From a bacterium (GTDB lineage: Bacteria > Patescibacteriota > Minisyncoccia > Minisyncoccales > PWPS01): 36,150 bases of DNA. Position numbers and translations under genes: made by a program. Positions 1-8,409 of the stretch are shown here, one piece after another. The stretch is from contig JAGYMX010000002.1 of assembly GCA_018400405.1 (NCBI GenBank), positions 1-36,150 on the forward strand. The letters run 5' to 3'. The first letter of the stretch is position 1. Every line of letters begins with the position of its first letter. The notes below the pieces were generated by a model that searched no databases, had not been told where the DNA came from, and worked only from the letters and a program-made list of their open reading frames with translations.

Positions 1-568
1 AGACTAATCTTTCTTCAAGGGTTCTTTTTTCTTTACGTAAAAATTGCTCTTCTGCTTTTATCTTTCTTTCTTCTTCTTCCTTAGTTTGCTTTATATCTTC
101 TTTTTCTTTCTTTAGTGTGTCTTCTAATATTTTCTCTTCCTCTTCCTTTTCTTTTCCCCCTATCTGAGAAGTTGCTTCCTCTTCTGCTTTTATCTTTCTT
201 TCTTCTTCTTCCTTAGTTTGCTTTATATCTTCTTTTTCTCTCTCTTCACCTTCTTCTTTTCTCTTTTCTTCCTTTTCCTCTATCTGAGAAGTTGCTTCTT
301 CTTTTGCCTTTTCTGTTGTTTCCTTATCTTTTTTTTCTTCTTCTTCAATTTCGCGAGCAAGTTTTTCTTTTTGAGAGACTTTATTATTAGATAATTCATA
401 CGCAAAACTTTCTCCTGTTGCAATACCGGATGAACGTTTTTTTATTTTTTCAAGAAAAGGTTTTACGGGAGGCTTTTCTTTTTTCTTTTTTGTCTCTCCT
501 CTTTGAATTCGAGCGAGATCTCCCTTCATTGTCCGAACCCCTCCTTTATAGTAATTATCCGCGGACAT
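1..568 (-). CDS. Partial (runs off window start) Glu/Lys-rich hypothetical protein with internal repeats
   Basis: Not in ORF track. Manual translation from ATG 568: MSADNYYKGGVRTMKGDLARIQRGETKKKKEKPPVKPFLEK..., then E/K-rich coiled-coil, no stop seen before position 1. Alternative start at ATG 529. Confidence 0.75.
   Translation of the reverse strand, partial: MSADNYYKGGVRTMKGDLARIQRGETKKKKEKPPVKPFLEKIKKRSSGIATGESFAYELSNNKVSQKEKLAREIEEEEKKDKETTEKAKEEATSQIEEKEEKRKEEGEEREKEDIKQTKEEEERKIKAEEEATSQIGGKEKEEEEKILEDTLKKEKEDIKQTKEEEERKIKAEEQFLRKEKRTLEERLV
47..239. repeat. 61-bp perfect direct repeat (47-107 and 179-239; period 132 bp) inside the E/K-rich CDS
   Basis: ctcttctgcttttatctttctttcttcttcttccttagtttgctttatatcttctttttct occurs twice; a second unit ctatctgagaagttgcttc occurs near 160 and 280. 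Confidence 0.85.
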
Positions 569-683
569 TTATATATGAGAAAATACTTACATTTTGCAAA
601 AACTTTTATTTGTTCATTATAAACAAAAAACTTATAAAAGCCAACCGCAAAAGTTGACAAGAGAGAAGAGCAGTTTTACCTTT

Positions 684-2777
684 TTACTCTTTTGCTTTTT
701 TTATAGAGAGACTTGTTTTTCCGTTACTGTCTACTTTGATAACTTTGACGCGGACAATCTGCCCTACCTCCAACTCGCTTTCTACGCTTTCTACCCTTCT
801 GTCGTCAATTTCTGAGATATGAACCAATCCTTCTTGTCCCGGAAGTATTTCTACTACTGCCCCAAAGTTAAAAAGTTTTATAACCCTTCCTTCAAATATT
901 TCACCTTCTTTTATTTCCCTAGTAATATTCTTGATCCAGTTAACAGCTTTTTCTATATTTTCTTCTTTTTCCGAAGCAATAGAGATAAGTCCGGAGTCGT
1001 CAATGTCAATCGCAACATTAGTTTTTTCTATAATTTCGTTAATTGTTTTTCCTTTTGGTCCGATAACATCGCCAATTTTTTCCGAATCAATTTTAAGCGT
1101 TTTTATACGAGGAGCATAAGGAGAGAGCTCTTCGCGTGGAGCCGGAATAACTTCTTTTATCTTTTCTATAAGGTAAAGGCGTGTTTTTTTTGCTCTCTGC
1201 AATGTTTCAGAAATCATCTTTTCAGTTACACCGTCTATCTTTACATCCATCTGAATAGCAGTAATTCCATCTTCTGTTCCAGCAACTTTAAAATCCATGT
1301 CTCCGTAATGATCTTCTGGTCCCTGAATGTCGGTAAGAAGCTTGTACTCTTTCTTGTCTCCAGTGACAAGACCGATAGAGATTCCTGCTGCTGGTTTTTT
1401 AATCGGCACGCCCGCATCCATAAGAGAAAGAGTTGTAGCGCAAACAGAGGCCATAGATGTTGAGCCGTTGGAAGAAACGATTTCTGAAACTCCGCGAATA
1501 GTATAAGGGAAGATCTCTGCTTCTGGTATTAAAGGCGATATCGCATTTTCGGCAAGCATGCCGTGTCCGATCTCTCTTCTACCTGGACCCCTTACTGGGC
1601 GTATTTCTCCCACAGAGTAGGGAGGAAAGTTGTAGTGGTGCATAAAGCGTTTTTTTTCAGAAAGTTCCATGTCATCCATCAGCTGTTCTTCTCCTGGAGC
1701 TCCGAGGGTAATAATAGAAAGCGCTTTTGTTTGACCTCTTTTAAAAAGTGATGAGCCGTGAGTGCGAGGGAGTATTCCCACAGAACAATCTATTTTTCTT
1801 ACTTCATCAAGCTTTCTTCCATCTATACGTGTATCTTTTTTAAGAACGCTTTCTCTCACCTTTTTCTTAATATTTTCTTCTAAACAGGAGAATGCGTAAT
1901 CAGCATTTTTTTCTTCATAATTTTCCTCAATAAGTTTGGAAATTTCTTTTTTTAATTTCTCTAACTTTTCTTCCTTATTTTCTTCCTGAAAAATTTTTTC
2001 AAGTTGTTTTTCTGATTTTTCTTTTATCTTTTCTTCTATATCTTTATCTTCAAGTGAAGAAGAAACTTCTATTTTTTCTTTTCCGATACTTTTTCTGATT
2101 TTTTCTTGAAAGGCACATAACTCTGCTATTGGAGAACTGGAAAAACGGAAAGCACCCATTACAGAATCTTCATCTTCTTCCTTAAAAAAACCTTCAATCA
2201 TATTTACAACGAGATTTTTTTCTTCTCCAATAAATCCACTTATTACAACATCCATCTTCTTTTTTGTGCGAGCTTCGTAATTTGGGTTTAGAATATAATC
2301 TTCTTCTTTGGCAAGACGCACTGCTCCCAATGGTCCTTTCCACGGAATGTCGGAGATGTGTAGGGCTGTTGATGCGGCGATCATTCCTAAAACTCCTGGA
2401 TCGTTTTCTTCGTCCCACGAAAGACAAGTAATAATTACTTGCACCTCTCTTTTCATTTCGCTGGGGAATTTTGGGCGTATTGCACGATCTATCATTCTAG
2501 AGATAAGTGTTGCTCTGTCGGAGGGCTTGCCCTCTCTTCTCGTGTATCGAGAACCACTTATTTTACCTGCGGCGTAAAATTTTTCCTCATAATTTACGGA
2601 AAGAGGGAAGAATCCTTTATCAATCTCTTCATCGGACATTGTAACTGTGGCAAAAACAACAGTATCTCCGTAGCGAAGCATTACTTCTCCATTTGCCTTT
2701 TCTGCTAAGTTTTCAAAAGAAGCAGAAAGTGTTCTTTCTCCTATTTGCAAGGTAAATTCTTTAGTTTTCTTTTCCAT
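684..2777 (-). CDS. pnp: Polyribonucleotide nucleotidyltransferase (PNPase)
   Basis: FFPLSVNYEEKFYAAGKI, RIDGRKLDEVR, RREIGHG, SSNGSTSMAS, DMDFKVAGT motifs; C-terminal KH and S1 domains. Confidence 0.97.
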   Translation of the reverse strand: MEKKTKEFTLQIGERTLSASFENLAEKANGEVMLRYGDTVVFATVTMSDEEIDKGFFPLSVNYEEKFYAAGKISGSRYTRREGKPSDRATLISRMIDRAIRPKFPSEMKREVQVIITCLSWDEENDPGVLGMIAASTALHISDIPWKGPLGAVRLAKEEDYILNPNYEARTKKKMDVVISGFIGEEKNLVVNMIEGFFKEEDEDSVMGAFRFSSSPIAELCAFQEKIRKSIGKEKIEVSSSLEDKDIEEKIKEKSEKQLEKIFQEENKEEKLEKLKKEISKLIEENYEEKNADYAFSCLEENIKKKVRESVLKKDTRIDGRKLDEVRKIDCSVGILPRTHGSSLFKRGQTKALSIITLGAPGEEQLMDDMELSEKKRFMHHYNFPPYSVGEIRPVRGPGRREIGHGMLAENAISPLIPEAEIFPYTIRGVSEIVSSNGSTSMASVCATTLSLMDAGVPIKKPAAGISIGLVTGDKKEYKLLTDIQGPEDHYGDMDFKVAGTEDGITAIQMDVKIDGVTEKMISETLQRAKKTRLYLIEKIKEVIPAPREELSPYAPRIKTLKIDSEKIGDVIGPKGKTINEIIEKTNVAIDIDDSGLISIASEKEENIEKAVNWIKNITREIKEGEIFEGRVIKLFNFGAVVEILPGQEGLVHISEIDDRRVESVESELEVGQIVRVKVIKVDSNGKTSLSIKKAKE

Positions 2778-2788
2778 AAAAATAGATT

Positions 2789-3331
2789 TTAATTTTTCTT
2801 TTTTTGAGTTGTTCTTCTTGTTCTTGAAGATGTAGAAAGCAAAAATCTTTTTGTATTTTCTTCTAAGTTTACAAATTCATCTGCTACTTCTTTTAATTTT
2901 GAGGAAGCAGATCTTTCAAATGCAAGAACTTCTACTCTTTTCCCTCTGTTTTTTAGGTACTCTACAAGAGGAACAAAATCGCCGTCTCCTGTTACTAAAA
3001 CAATAGCGTCCATTACAGAAGCCATGCGTATTGCATCTACGGCCATGCCAACGTCCCAATCTCCTTTTTTAAAACCTCCATAAAATTCTTGGAGATCTTT
3101 TACTCTTGTTTCTATGCCAAGATTTGTGAGTGCTTCAAAGAAAGATTTTTCTTCCCCTGTTTTTGTTTTTATCACATAAGCAAATGCCCGAATGAGACTT
3201 CTTTTATTTACCGCGGTTTCTACAACTTTGCTAAAATCAACGCGAGCGTTGTAGAGATTTTTTGCAGAGTGATAAAGATTTTGAACGTCTATAAAAACGG
3301 CAACGCGTTGTCCCTTGTGTTTAAAAATCAT
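2789..3331 (-). CDS. NYN domain (LabA/DUF88, PIN-fold) protein
   Basis: VFIDVQNLY, KGDWDVGMAVDA, LVTGDGDFVPLV, S..LKEVADEFVNL motifs typical of NYN/LabA. Confidence 0.9.
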   Translation of the reverse strand: MIFKHKGQRVAVFIDVQNLYHSAKNLYNARVDFSKVVETAVNKRSLIRAFAYVIKTKTGEEKSFFEALTNLGIETRVKDLQEFYGGFKKGDWDVGMAVDAIRMASVMDAIVLVTGDGDFVPLVEYLKNRGKRVEVLAFERSASSKLKEVADEFVNLEENTKRFLLSTSSRTRRTTQKKKN

Positions 3332-3337
3332 AAAAAA

Positions 3338-3592
3338 TTATTTTTTCAGACCAATCTTGGATAAAAGCTCTTTATATCTCTTTTCGTCTTTATTTTTTAG
3401 ATATAAAAGAAGTTTTTTCCTTTTATTTACCATTCCCAAAAGTCCTCTTTTAGAATGAACATCTTTGGGATTTTTTTTAAGGTGTGAAAAAAGTTTCTTA
3501 ATTTTTTCTGTAAGCAGAGACACTTGTGCTTCTTCTCCCCCAGTGCTTTTAACGTCTTTTAAAATCTTTTCTTTTTCTTCTTTGGTTAACAT
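3338..3592 (-). CDS. rpsO: 30S ribosomal protein S15
   Basis: STGGEEAQVSLLT..I..L..HLKKNPKDVHSKRGLLGMVNKRKKLL.YL; upstream of pnp as usual. Confidence 0.96.
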   Translation of the reverse strand: MLTKEEKEKILKDVKSTGGEEAQVSLLTEKIKKLFSHLKKNPKDVHSKRGLLGMVNKRKKLLLYLKNKDEKRYKELLSKIGLKK

Positions 3593-3770
3593 ATTTTACA
3601 AATTATCTAAGAGTTTTTATCTTCTAACAGATGAACACCTAAGTTTTTGTTGCGAAAGCATACTAATGTTAATGGAAAACGCTTTAAAAATCAAGTAAGA
3701 GGAGTTTTTATAAAAATTTTTCTTGACTTATTAAGTTATCTTGCAATAATTAAAAAAGATCAAACAAAAA

Positions 3771-4607
3771 ATGTCTTCTCTAAAAAAATATTTAATGCTT
3801 TTTTTCTTGTCAGAAAAAAACGGTGATTCTTTTTTTAAGAATAAAGGTTTTACTTTAATTGAGTTTTTAATTTATAGCGTTATTGTTGCTTTTATGACGG
3901 GAACACTTATTCTTGCGGGAGTAAATATTATGCAAGGAAGATCAAAAGTAGAAGCGATAGAAGAAGTAAATCATAACGGGAGAATGATAACGGAAGTTGT
4001 TACTCACTACATCCGACAAGCAGAAAACATAAACTATCCTTCTGAGGGAATTGCTGCAGACTACTTGTCTTTAGAGATGCCTATTGCTGAGGAGAGCCCG
4101 ATACGATTTTATGTAGAAGACAGTGTATTGCTTTTTGAAAGAGGATCGGCAGAAGCATCTCCTTTGACATCCGAGAGGGTGCGCGTAAGTAGCATTCAGT
4201 TTACAAATACTTCTTATCCGGAAAGTGCAAAAACAGTAAAAATGGTAGCGACGATAGAGTACAACAATCTCTCTGGGAAAAGTGAGTATGATTTTGCAAA
4301 AAACTTTTATGTTACAGAAAATATAAAAGAATTGGCAGGGATTGAAGAAGAGACAACCTCCACTACTTATGTTTTAACATTAGAAGAAAGTCCTTCTGCT
4401 GGCGGAACGGCAGTAGACAACACAAACAATTCTCCTTATGAGGCGGGGGAGGTTATAGATATAAACGCTTCCGTGGAAGATGGATATATTTTTAGCCACT
4501 GGTCTGATTCTGCGGGGGGAACATTTGGTAACTCATCTGTTGCCGATACAAATTATATTATGCCAGCGGAGGACGCAACGGTTACTGCTAATTTTGATTC
4601 TTTTTAA
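3771..4607 (+). CDS. Type IV pilin-like protein (prepilin cleavage/methylation motif) with C-terminal InlB B-repeat-like domain
   Basis: KG|FTLIEFLIYSVIVAFM class III signal peptide; C-terminal YVLTL..SP..GG...Y.AGEVI.I.A....GYIFSHWS...MPAEDATVTANF. Exact start uncertain. Confidence 0.8.
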   Translation: MSSLKKYLMLFFLSEKNGDSFFKNKGFTLIEFLIYSVIVAFMTGTLILAGVNIMQGRSKVEAIEEVNHNGRMITEVVTHYIRQAENINYPSEGIAADYLSLEMPIAEESPIRFYVEDSVLLFERGSAEASPLTSERVRVSSIQFTNTSYPESAKTVKMVATIEYNNLSGKSEYDFAKNFYVTENIKELAGIEEETTSTTYVLTLEESPSAGGTAVDNTNNSPYEAGEVIDINASVEDGYIFSHWSDSAGGTFGNSSVADTNYIMPAEDATVTANFDSF

Positions 4608-4620
4608 TTATTCTATTTAG

Positions 4621-4693
4621 TGCCCCCGGTAGGACTTGAACCTACGACACTCGGCTTAAGAGGCCGCTGCTCTGCCAACTGAGCTACGGGGGC
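4621..4693 (-). tRNA. tRNA-Lys(CTT)
   Basis: Reverse complement GCCCCCGTAGCTCAGTTGGCAGAGCAGCGGC-CT CTT AA-GCCGAGTGTCGTAGGTTCAAGTCCTACCGGGGGCA; cloverleaf; no encoded CCA. Confidence 0.95.
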
Positions 4694-4699
4694 GTGTAT

Positions 4700-5080
4700 T
4701 TAGCAGCCAATTGTTATTTCTGGCCACTGAACGTCAACTACTCCAAGAGCGTTTAAAATCATAGAGATTAAAAAGTGAGAACCGTAAACAATAACGATTC
4801 CAACAACTACACTCATTAGTATTTTTCTGCCTTGCTCTACTCCTGCAGGGTTTCCCATTGATGTATAAAACTTTATTCCTCCCCAGATAAAAAGCATTGC
4901 GGCAACAGGTGGAACAATACTAAAAAGAAGAAACTCTAAAATATTTACAAAAAGCTGGAAAAGGTGACAAAGTTGGCAAGGAGGCTGTCCTGGGCCCCCA
5001 CAAGGGACAAGACCTTGTGCAAACCCAATAGCAGGAAAAAGTAGTAAAAACAGAAAAATAGAATTTTTTATTTTTTTCAT
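4700..5080 (-). CDS. CPR-type pilin-like membrane protein (TrbC/VirB2-like)
   Basis: Signal peptide, GLVPCGGPGQPPCQLCHLF Cys motif, two hydrophobic segments flanking GGIKFYTSMGNP...GRKIL. Confidence 0.7.
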   Translation of the reverse strand: MKKIKNSIFLFLLLFPAIGFAQGLVPCGGPGQPPCQLCHLFQLFVNILEFLLFSIVPPVAAMLFIWGGIKFYTSMGNPAGVEQGRKILMSVVVGIVIVYGSHFLISMILNALGVVDVQWPEITIGC

Positions 5081-5172
5081 TGTAAGAATTATAGTATTTT
5101 TTCTAAAAAATAAAATACTTCTTCCTGTACGGGATCAGACCTCATACGGATTATAAAGAAGTGTGCCGTTAG

Positions 5173-5245
5173 TGCCCCCCAGAGGACTCGAACCTCTAAT
5201 CTCAAGTCCGAAGCTTGATGTGATATCCAATTTCACCAAGGGGGC
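5173..5245 (-). tRNA. tRNA-Arg(TCG)
   Basis: Reverse complement GCCCCCTTGGTGAAATTGGATATCACA-TCAAG CT TCG GA CTTGA-GATTAGAGGTTCGAGTCCTCTGGGGGGCA; no encoded CCA. Confidence 0.93.
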
Positions 5246-5267
5246 CAGATCAGTAAAAGCTTTTTTT

Positions 5268-5295
5268 AATATACCAGAGAATGTCAATTCGTCAA
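5268..5295 (-). promoter_or_regulatory. Putative sigma70 promoter for the tRNA-Arg / pilin / tRNA-Lys unit
   Basis: Minus strand TTGACG-N16-TATATT with TG extended -10, about 20 nt upstream of tRNA-Arg. Confidence 0.5.
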
Positions 5296-5413
5296 CCGTT
5301 TTTTCTTTACTAAAAAAAGATTATAAAAATTTTAATGTATTAATGTATTAAGGTTGCAAAATAGATGTGTTTGTTTGAAAAAAGAGCAGATATAGAATAC
5401 AATTACAGAATCT

Positions 5414-6889
5414 ATGCTTAAAAAAAAGATGGAAGTTCCCGAAAAAATAGGGCAAATAATAAAAGAGATTAATAAAAAAGGGTTTGAAGCTTATGTTGTT
5501 GGCGGATGCGTAAGAGATATGTTTCTTGGAAGAGTTCCAGAAGATTTTGACGTGGCAACAAATGCTTCTCCAGAAGAAGTAAAAAAGATTTTTAAAAAAA
5601 GTTTTTCAAACAATGATTTTGGAACGGTAACCGTTCTTACTCGGGCAGAAGAAGAAAATATTCGTGAAGTGCAAATCACTACTTATCGAAAAGAAGAAAA
5701 CTATAAAGACAAAAGACATCCCGAAAAAGTTAATTTTGTAAAAAATATAGAAGAGGATTTAAAGCGTAGAGATTTTACAATCAACGCGATGGCACTTTTA
5801 AAAAAAGAAGACGGCTCTTGCGAGGTGGTTGATCCTTTTTGTGGAAAAGAAGATTTAGAAAAAAAAATAATAAGGGCAGTAGGAAGTCCTAAAGAGAGGT
5901 TTTCTGAAGACGCTTTGCGTATGATGCGTGCAGTAAGGTTTTCTTCTGTTTTAGATTTTTGTATTGAAAAAGAAACAGAAGAAGCGATAAAGAAAAATGC
6001 ACCGCTTTTAAAGAAGATATCAAGCGAAAGAATTAGAGACGAGTTTGTAAAAATAATTATGAGCCCTATGGCGATGGAAGGTGTAGAAAATTTGCGAAAA
6101 CTTTATCTACTAGAACAGTTTCTTCCAGAAATTTTAGAGGGCTATAAAGTACCACAGAGTAAACACCATATATATGATTGTTATGAACATGCTCTTTATT
6201 CACTAAAATATGCGGCAAAGAAAAAATTTAATTTTCGTGTGCGGATGGCTTCTTTTTTGCATGATATCGGAAAACCACGAGTGAAAAGAGGAGAGGGAGA
6301 AAAAGCTACTTTTTACAATCACGAGGTAGTTGGAGCAAAGATGACAAAGAACATACTTCAACGTCTGAAGTTCAAAAAAGAAGATGTAGAAAAGATAACT
6401 CTTCTCGTACGTTATCATCTCTTCTACTATAATGTAGGCGAGGTTTCAGAAAGTTCCGTAAGAAGATTAATCCGTAAAGTAGGGAGGGAAAACATGAAGG
6501 ATCTTTTAGAAGTAAGGATGGCTGACAGGATAGGGTCTGGAGTTCCAAAGGCAGAGCCCTATCGCTTGCGTCATATGCGGTACTTGATAGAGAAAACAGC
6601 TCAAGATCCAATAAACGCAAGTATGCTTGTTGTGGGAGGAAAAGAAGTGATAGAGATAATGGGTGTCCGCCCAGGTCCATTAGTAGGAAGTATTTTGAAT
6701 ATTCTTCTTTTGGAAGTGATTGAAGATCCTAAAAAAAATAAAAAAGAGATGTTGGAGGCGAAGATAAAAGAAATAAAAAAGTGGGGAGAAGAAGAGATCA
6801 AAAAAAAAGCGCAAGATGCAAAAAAAGAAATAGAAAAAGTGGAGATGAAAAAAGAAGAGATGACAAAAAAGAAGTACTGGGTAACATAA
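5414..6889 (+). CDS. cca: CCA tRNA nucleotidyltransferase with HD domain
   Basis: VGGCVRD, DFDVAT, RRDFTINAMA, RFSEDALRMMRAVRF, LHDIGKP, FYNHEVVGA; flanked by CCA-less tRNAs. Confidence 0.88.
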   Translation: MLKKKMEVPEKIGQIIKEINKKGFEAYVVGGCVRDMFLGRVPEDFDVATNASPEEVKKIFKKSFSNNDFGTVTVLTRAEEENIREVQITTYRKEENYKDKRHPEKVNFVKNIEEDLKRRDFTINAMALLKKEDGSCEVVDPFCGKEDLEKKIIRAVGSPKERFSEDALRMMRAVRFSSVLDFCIEKETEEAIKKNAPLLKKISSERIRDEFVKIIMSPMAMEGVENLRKLYLLEQFLPEILEGYKVPQSKHHIYDCYEHALYSLKYAAKKKFNFRVRMASFLHDIGKPRVKRGEGEKATFYNHEVVGAKMTKNILQRLKFKKEDVEKITLLVRYHLFYYNVGEVSESSVRRLIRKVGRENMKDLLEVRMADRIGSGVPKAEPYRLRHMRYLIEKTAQDPINASMLVVGGKEVIEIMGVRPGPLVGSILNILLLEVIEDPKKNKKEMLEAKIKEIKKWGEEEIKKKAQDAKKEIEKVEMKKEEMTKKKYWVT

Positions 6890-6898
6890 AAACTTTAT

Positions 6899-6970
6899 CG
6901 GGCCGTAGTGTAACGGCAACATGCACGCTTCGGGTGCGTGTGACTCCGGGTTCGAATCCCGGCGGCCCGA
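6899..6970 (+). tRNA. tRNA-Pro(CGG)
   Basis: CGGGCCGTAGTGTAACGGCAACATG-CACGC TT CGG GT GCGTG-TGACTCCGGGTTCGAATCCCGGCGGCCCGA; no CCA. Confidence 0.94.
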
Positions 6971-6985
6971 CATGACAAAAGTTTC

Positions 6986-7058
6986 GGGCCCGTAGTTCAT
7001 CCGGCAGAACATCCGATTCGCATTCGGGAGGTAGGCGGTTCGATTCCGCCCGGGTCCA
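6986..7058 (+). tRNA. tRNA-Ala(CGC)
   Basis: GGGCCCG...TCCGA TT CGC AT TCGGG...GGCGGTTCGATTCCGCCCGGGTCCA; G3:U70 alanine identity pair; no CCA after the discriminator. Confidence 0.94.
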
Positions 7059-7123
7059 CGTTTATAAATAATATAGTGGAAAAAAGTAATTTCCGTGTTA
7101 AGATAAAATAGTAATCCATTAAA

Positions 7124-8299
7124 ATGCAAAAAAAAGAAGAAAAAATAAAAGAGCTTTTAGAGAGAGGAATTGAAGAAGTAATTGACAAGAAAAATCTTGA
7201 AAAAAAACTTTTTAGTGGAAAAAAGCTACGCGTTAAACTTGGGATTGATCCTACGAGTCCAAATCTTCATCTTGGGAGGTCTATTCCTCTTTTAAAACTG
7301 CGTGACTTTCAAGAACTGGGTCACAAGATAGTTTTTATTATAGGAGATTTCACGGGAGTAATAGGAGATACATCAGATAAAGAAAGTGAAAGACCAATGC
7401 TTCCCCAGAAAGAAGTGAAAGAAAATTTAAAAACCTACATAAAGCAAGCAGAGAAGATTATTGATATAAAAAAAGCAGAAGTTTATTACAACAGTGAGTG
7501 GCTTGGAAAACTTGGCTACGCAGAGATCGGCACGCAAGCAAATATTTTTTCCTTAAACGAATTTATCTCTCGAGAAAATATAAAAAGAAGAACAAAAAAG
7601 GGGAAAAGAGTTTCTTTAAGAGAGGTGCTCTATCCTTTAATGCAGGGATATGACTCGGTTGTTGTAAAAGCGAATGTAGAGATAGGAGGAACAGACCAAA
7701 GATTTAATCTTTTAACAGGGAGAGAGATGCAGAAATTTTATAATCAAGACCCACAAGATATTATTACTAATCCACTTATTGAGGGGACAGATGGGAAAAA
7801 AATGAGTTCAAGTATGGGGAATACGATTAATCTTTCTGAAGATCCCAGTGATATGTTTGGGAAAGTAATGTCTCTCCAAGATGAACTGATTATAAGATAC
7901 TTTACTCTTCTTACAAGGAAAGATATGGAAACGGTGAAAAGCTATGAAAAGAAAATTAAGAAAGGAGAAAATCCTCGTAATATAAAATTAAAGTTAGCAA
8001 AAGAAATTGTTAAAATGTATCACTCGGAAAGTGAGGCGATTAATGCAGAGAGTTATTTTATAAATACTTTTTCAAAAAAAGAAGTTCCAGAGAAATTAAA
8101 AAAATTAAAACCATCTTCTTACGATATTGTCTCTGTTCTTCTTGATGGTGGTTTTGTTTCTTCAAGATCAGAAGCGAAAAGAGTTATTTCTCAAGGAGGA
8201 GTAAAAATAAACGGAAAAAAAATAAAGGAGATTAATTTTAAAGTAAAAGAAGGATCTGTTCTTCAGAAAGGAAAGATGAACTTTCTTAAGGTTGTTTAA
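7124..8299 (+). CDS. tyrS: Tyrosine--tRNA ligase
   Basis: GIDPTSPNLHLG, YPLMQGYDS, GGTDQRFN, KMSSS, C-terminal S4 domain. Confidence 0.96.
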   Translation: MQKKEEKIKELLERGIEEVIDKKNLEKKLFSGKKLRVKLGIDPTSPNLHLGRSIPLLKLRDFQELGHKIVFIIGDFTGVIGDTSDKESERPMLPQKEVKENLKTYIKQAEKIIDIKKAEVYYNSEWLGKLGYAEIGTQANIFSLNEFISRENIKRRTKKGKRVSLREVLYPLMQGYDSVVVKANVEIGGTDQRFNLLTGREMQKFYNQDPQDIITNPLIEGTDGKKMSSSMGNTINLSEDPSDMFGKVMSLQDELIIRYFTLLTRKDMETVKSYEKKIKKGENPRNIKLKLAKEIVKMYHSESEAINAESYFINTFSKKEVPEKLKKLKPSSYDIVSVLLDGGFVSSRSEAKRVISQGGVKINGKKIKEINFKVKEGSVLQKGKMNFLKVV

Positions 8300-8309
8300 T
8301 TCTTTTTGT

Positions 8310-8337
8310 TTGACAAAAAGAAATATTTTGTTATTCT
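8310..8337 (+). promoter_or_regulatory. Putative sigma70 promoter for nusA
   Basis: TTGACA-N16-TATTCT with TG extended -10. Confidence 0.6.
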
Positions 8338-8360
8338 ATTAAGCAGATTGAAGTGTTACC

Positions 8361-8387
8361 TGTCCGTTGAGAAACGGACATTTTTTT
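8361..8387 (+). terminator. Intrinsic terminator hairpin in the nusA leader
   Basis: TGTCCGTT-GAGA-AACGGACA followed by T7. Confidence 0.75.
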
Positions 8388-8409
8388 ACAAAATTTTAAG
8401 AAAAAGAAT

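Noticed and set aside
418..2708. Plus-strand ORFs overlapping pnp, and similar Phe/Ser-rich antisense ORFs throughout the window
   Set aside because: Shadow frames of Lys/Glu-rich genes on the opposite strand; no recognisable motifs.
4621..5245. Possible integrative element between tRNA-Lys and tRNA-Arg (similar 3' ends GGGGGCACTAA)
   Set aside because: Both are complete tRNAs with different anticodons; no integrase or att remnant.
5163..5351. Short ORFs overlapping tRNA genes (also 6781-7188 and 12021-12461)
   Set aside because: Explained by tRNA sequences.
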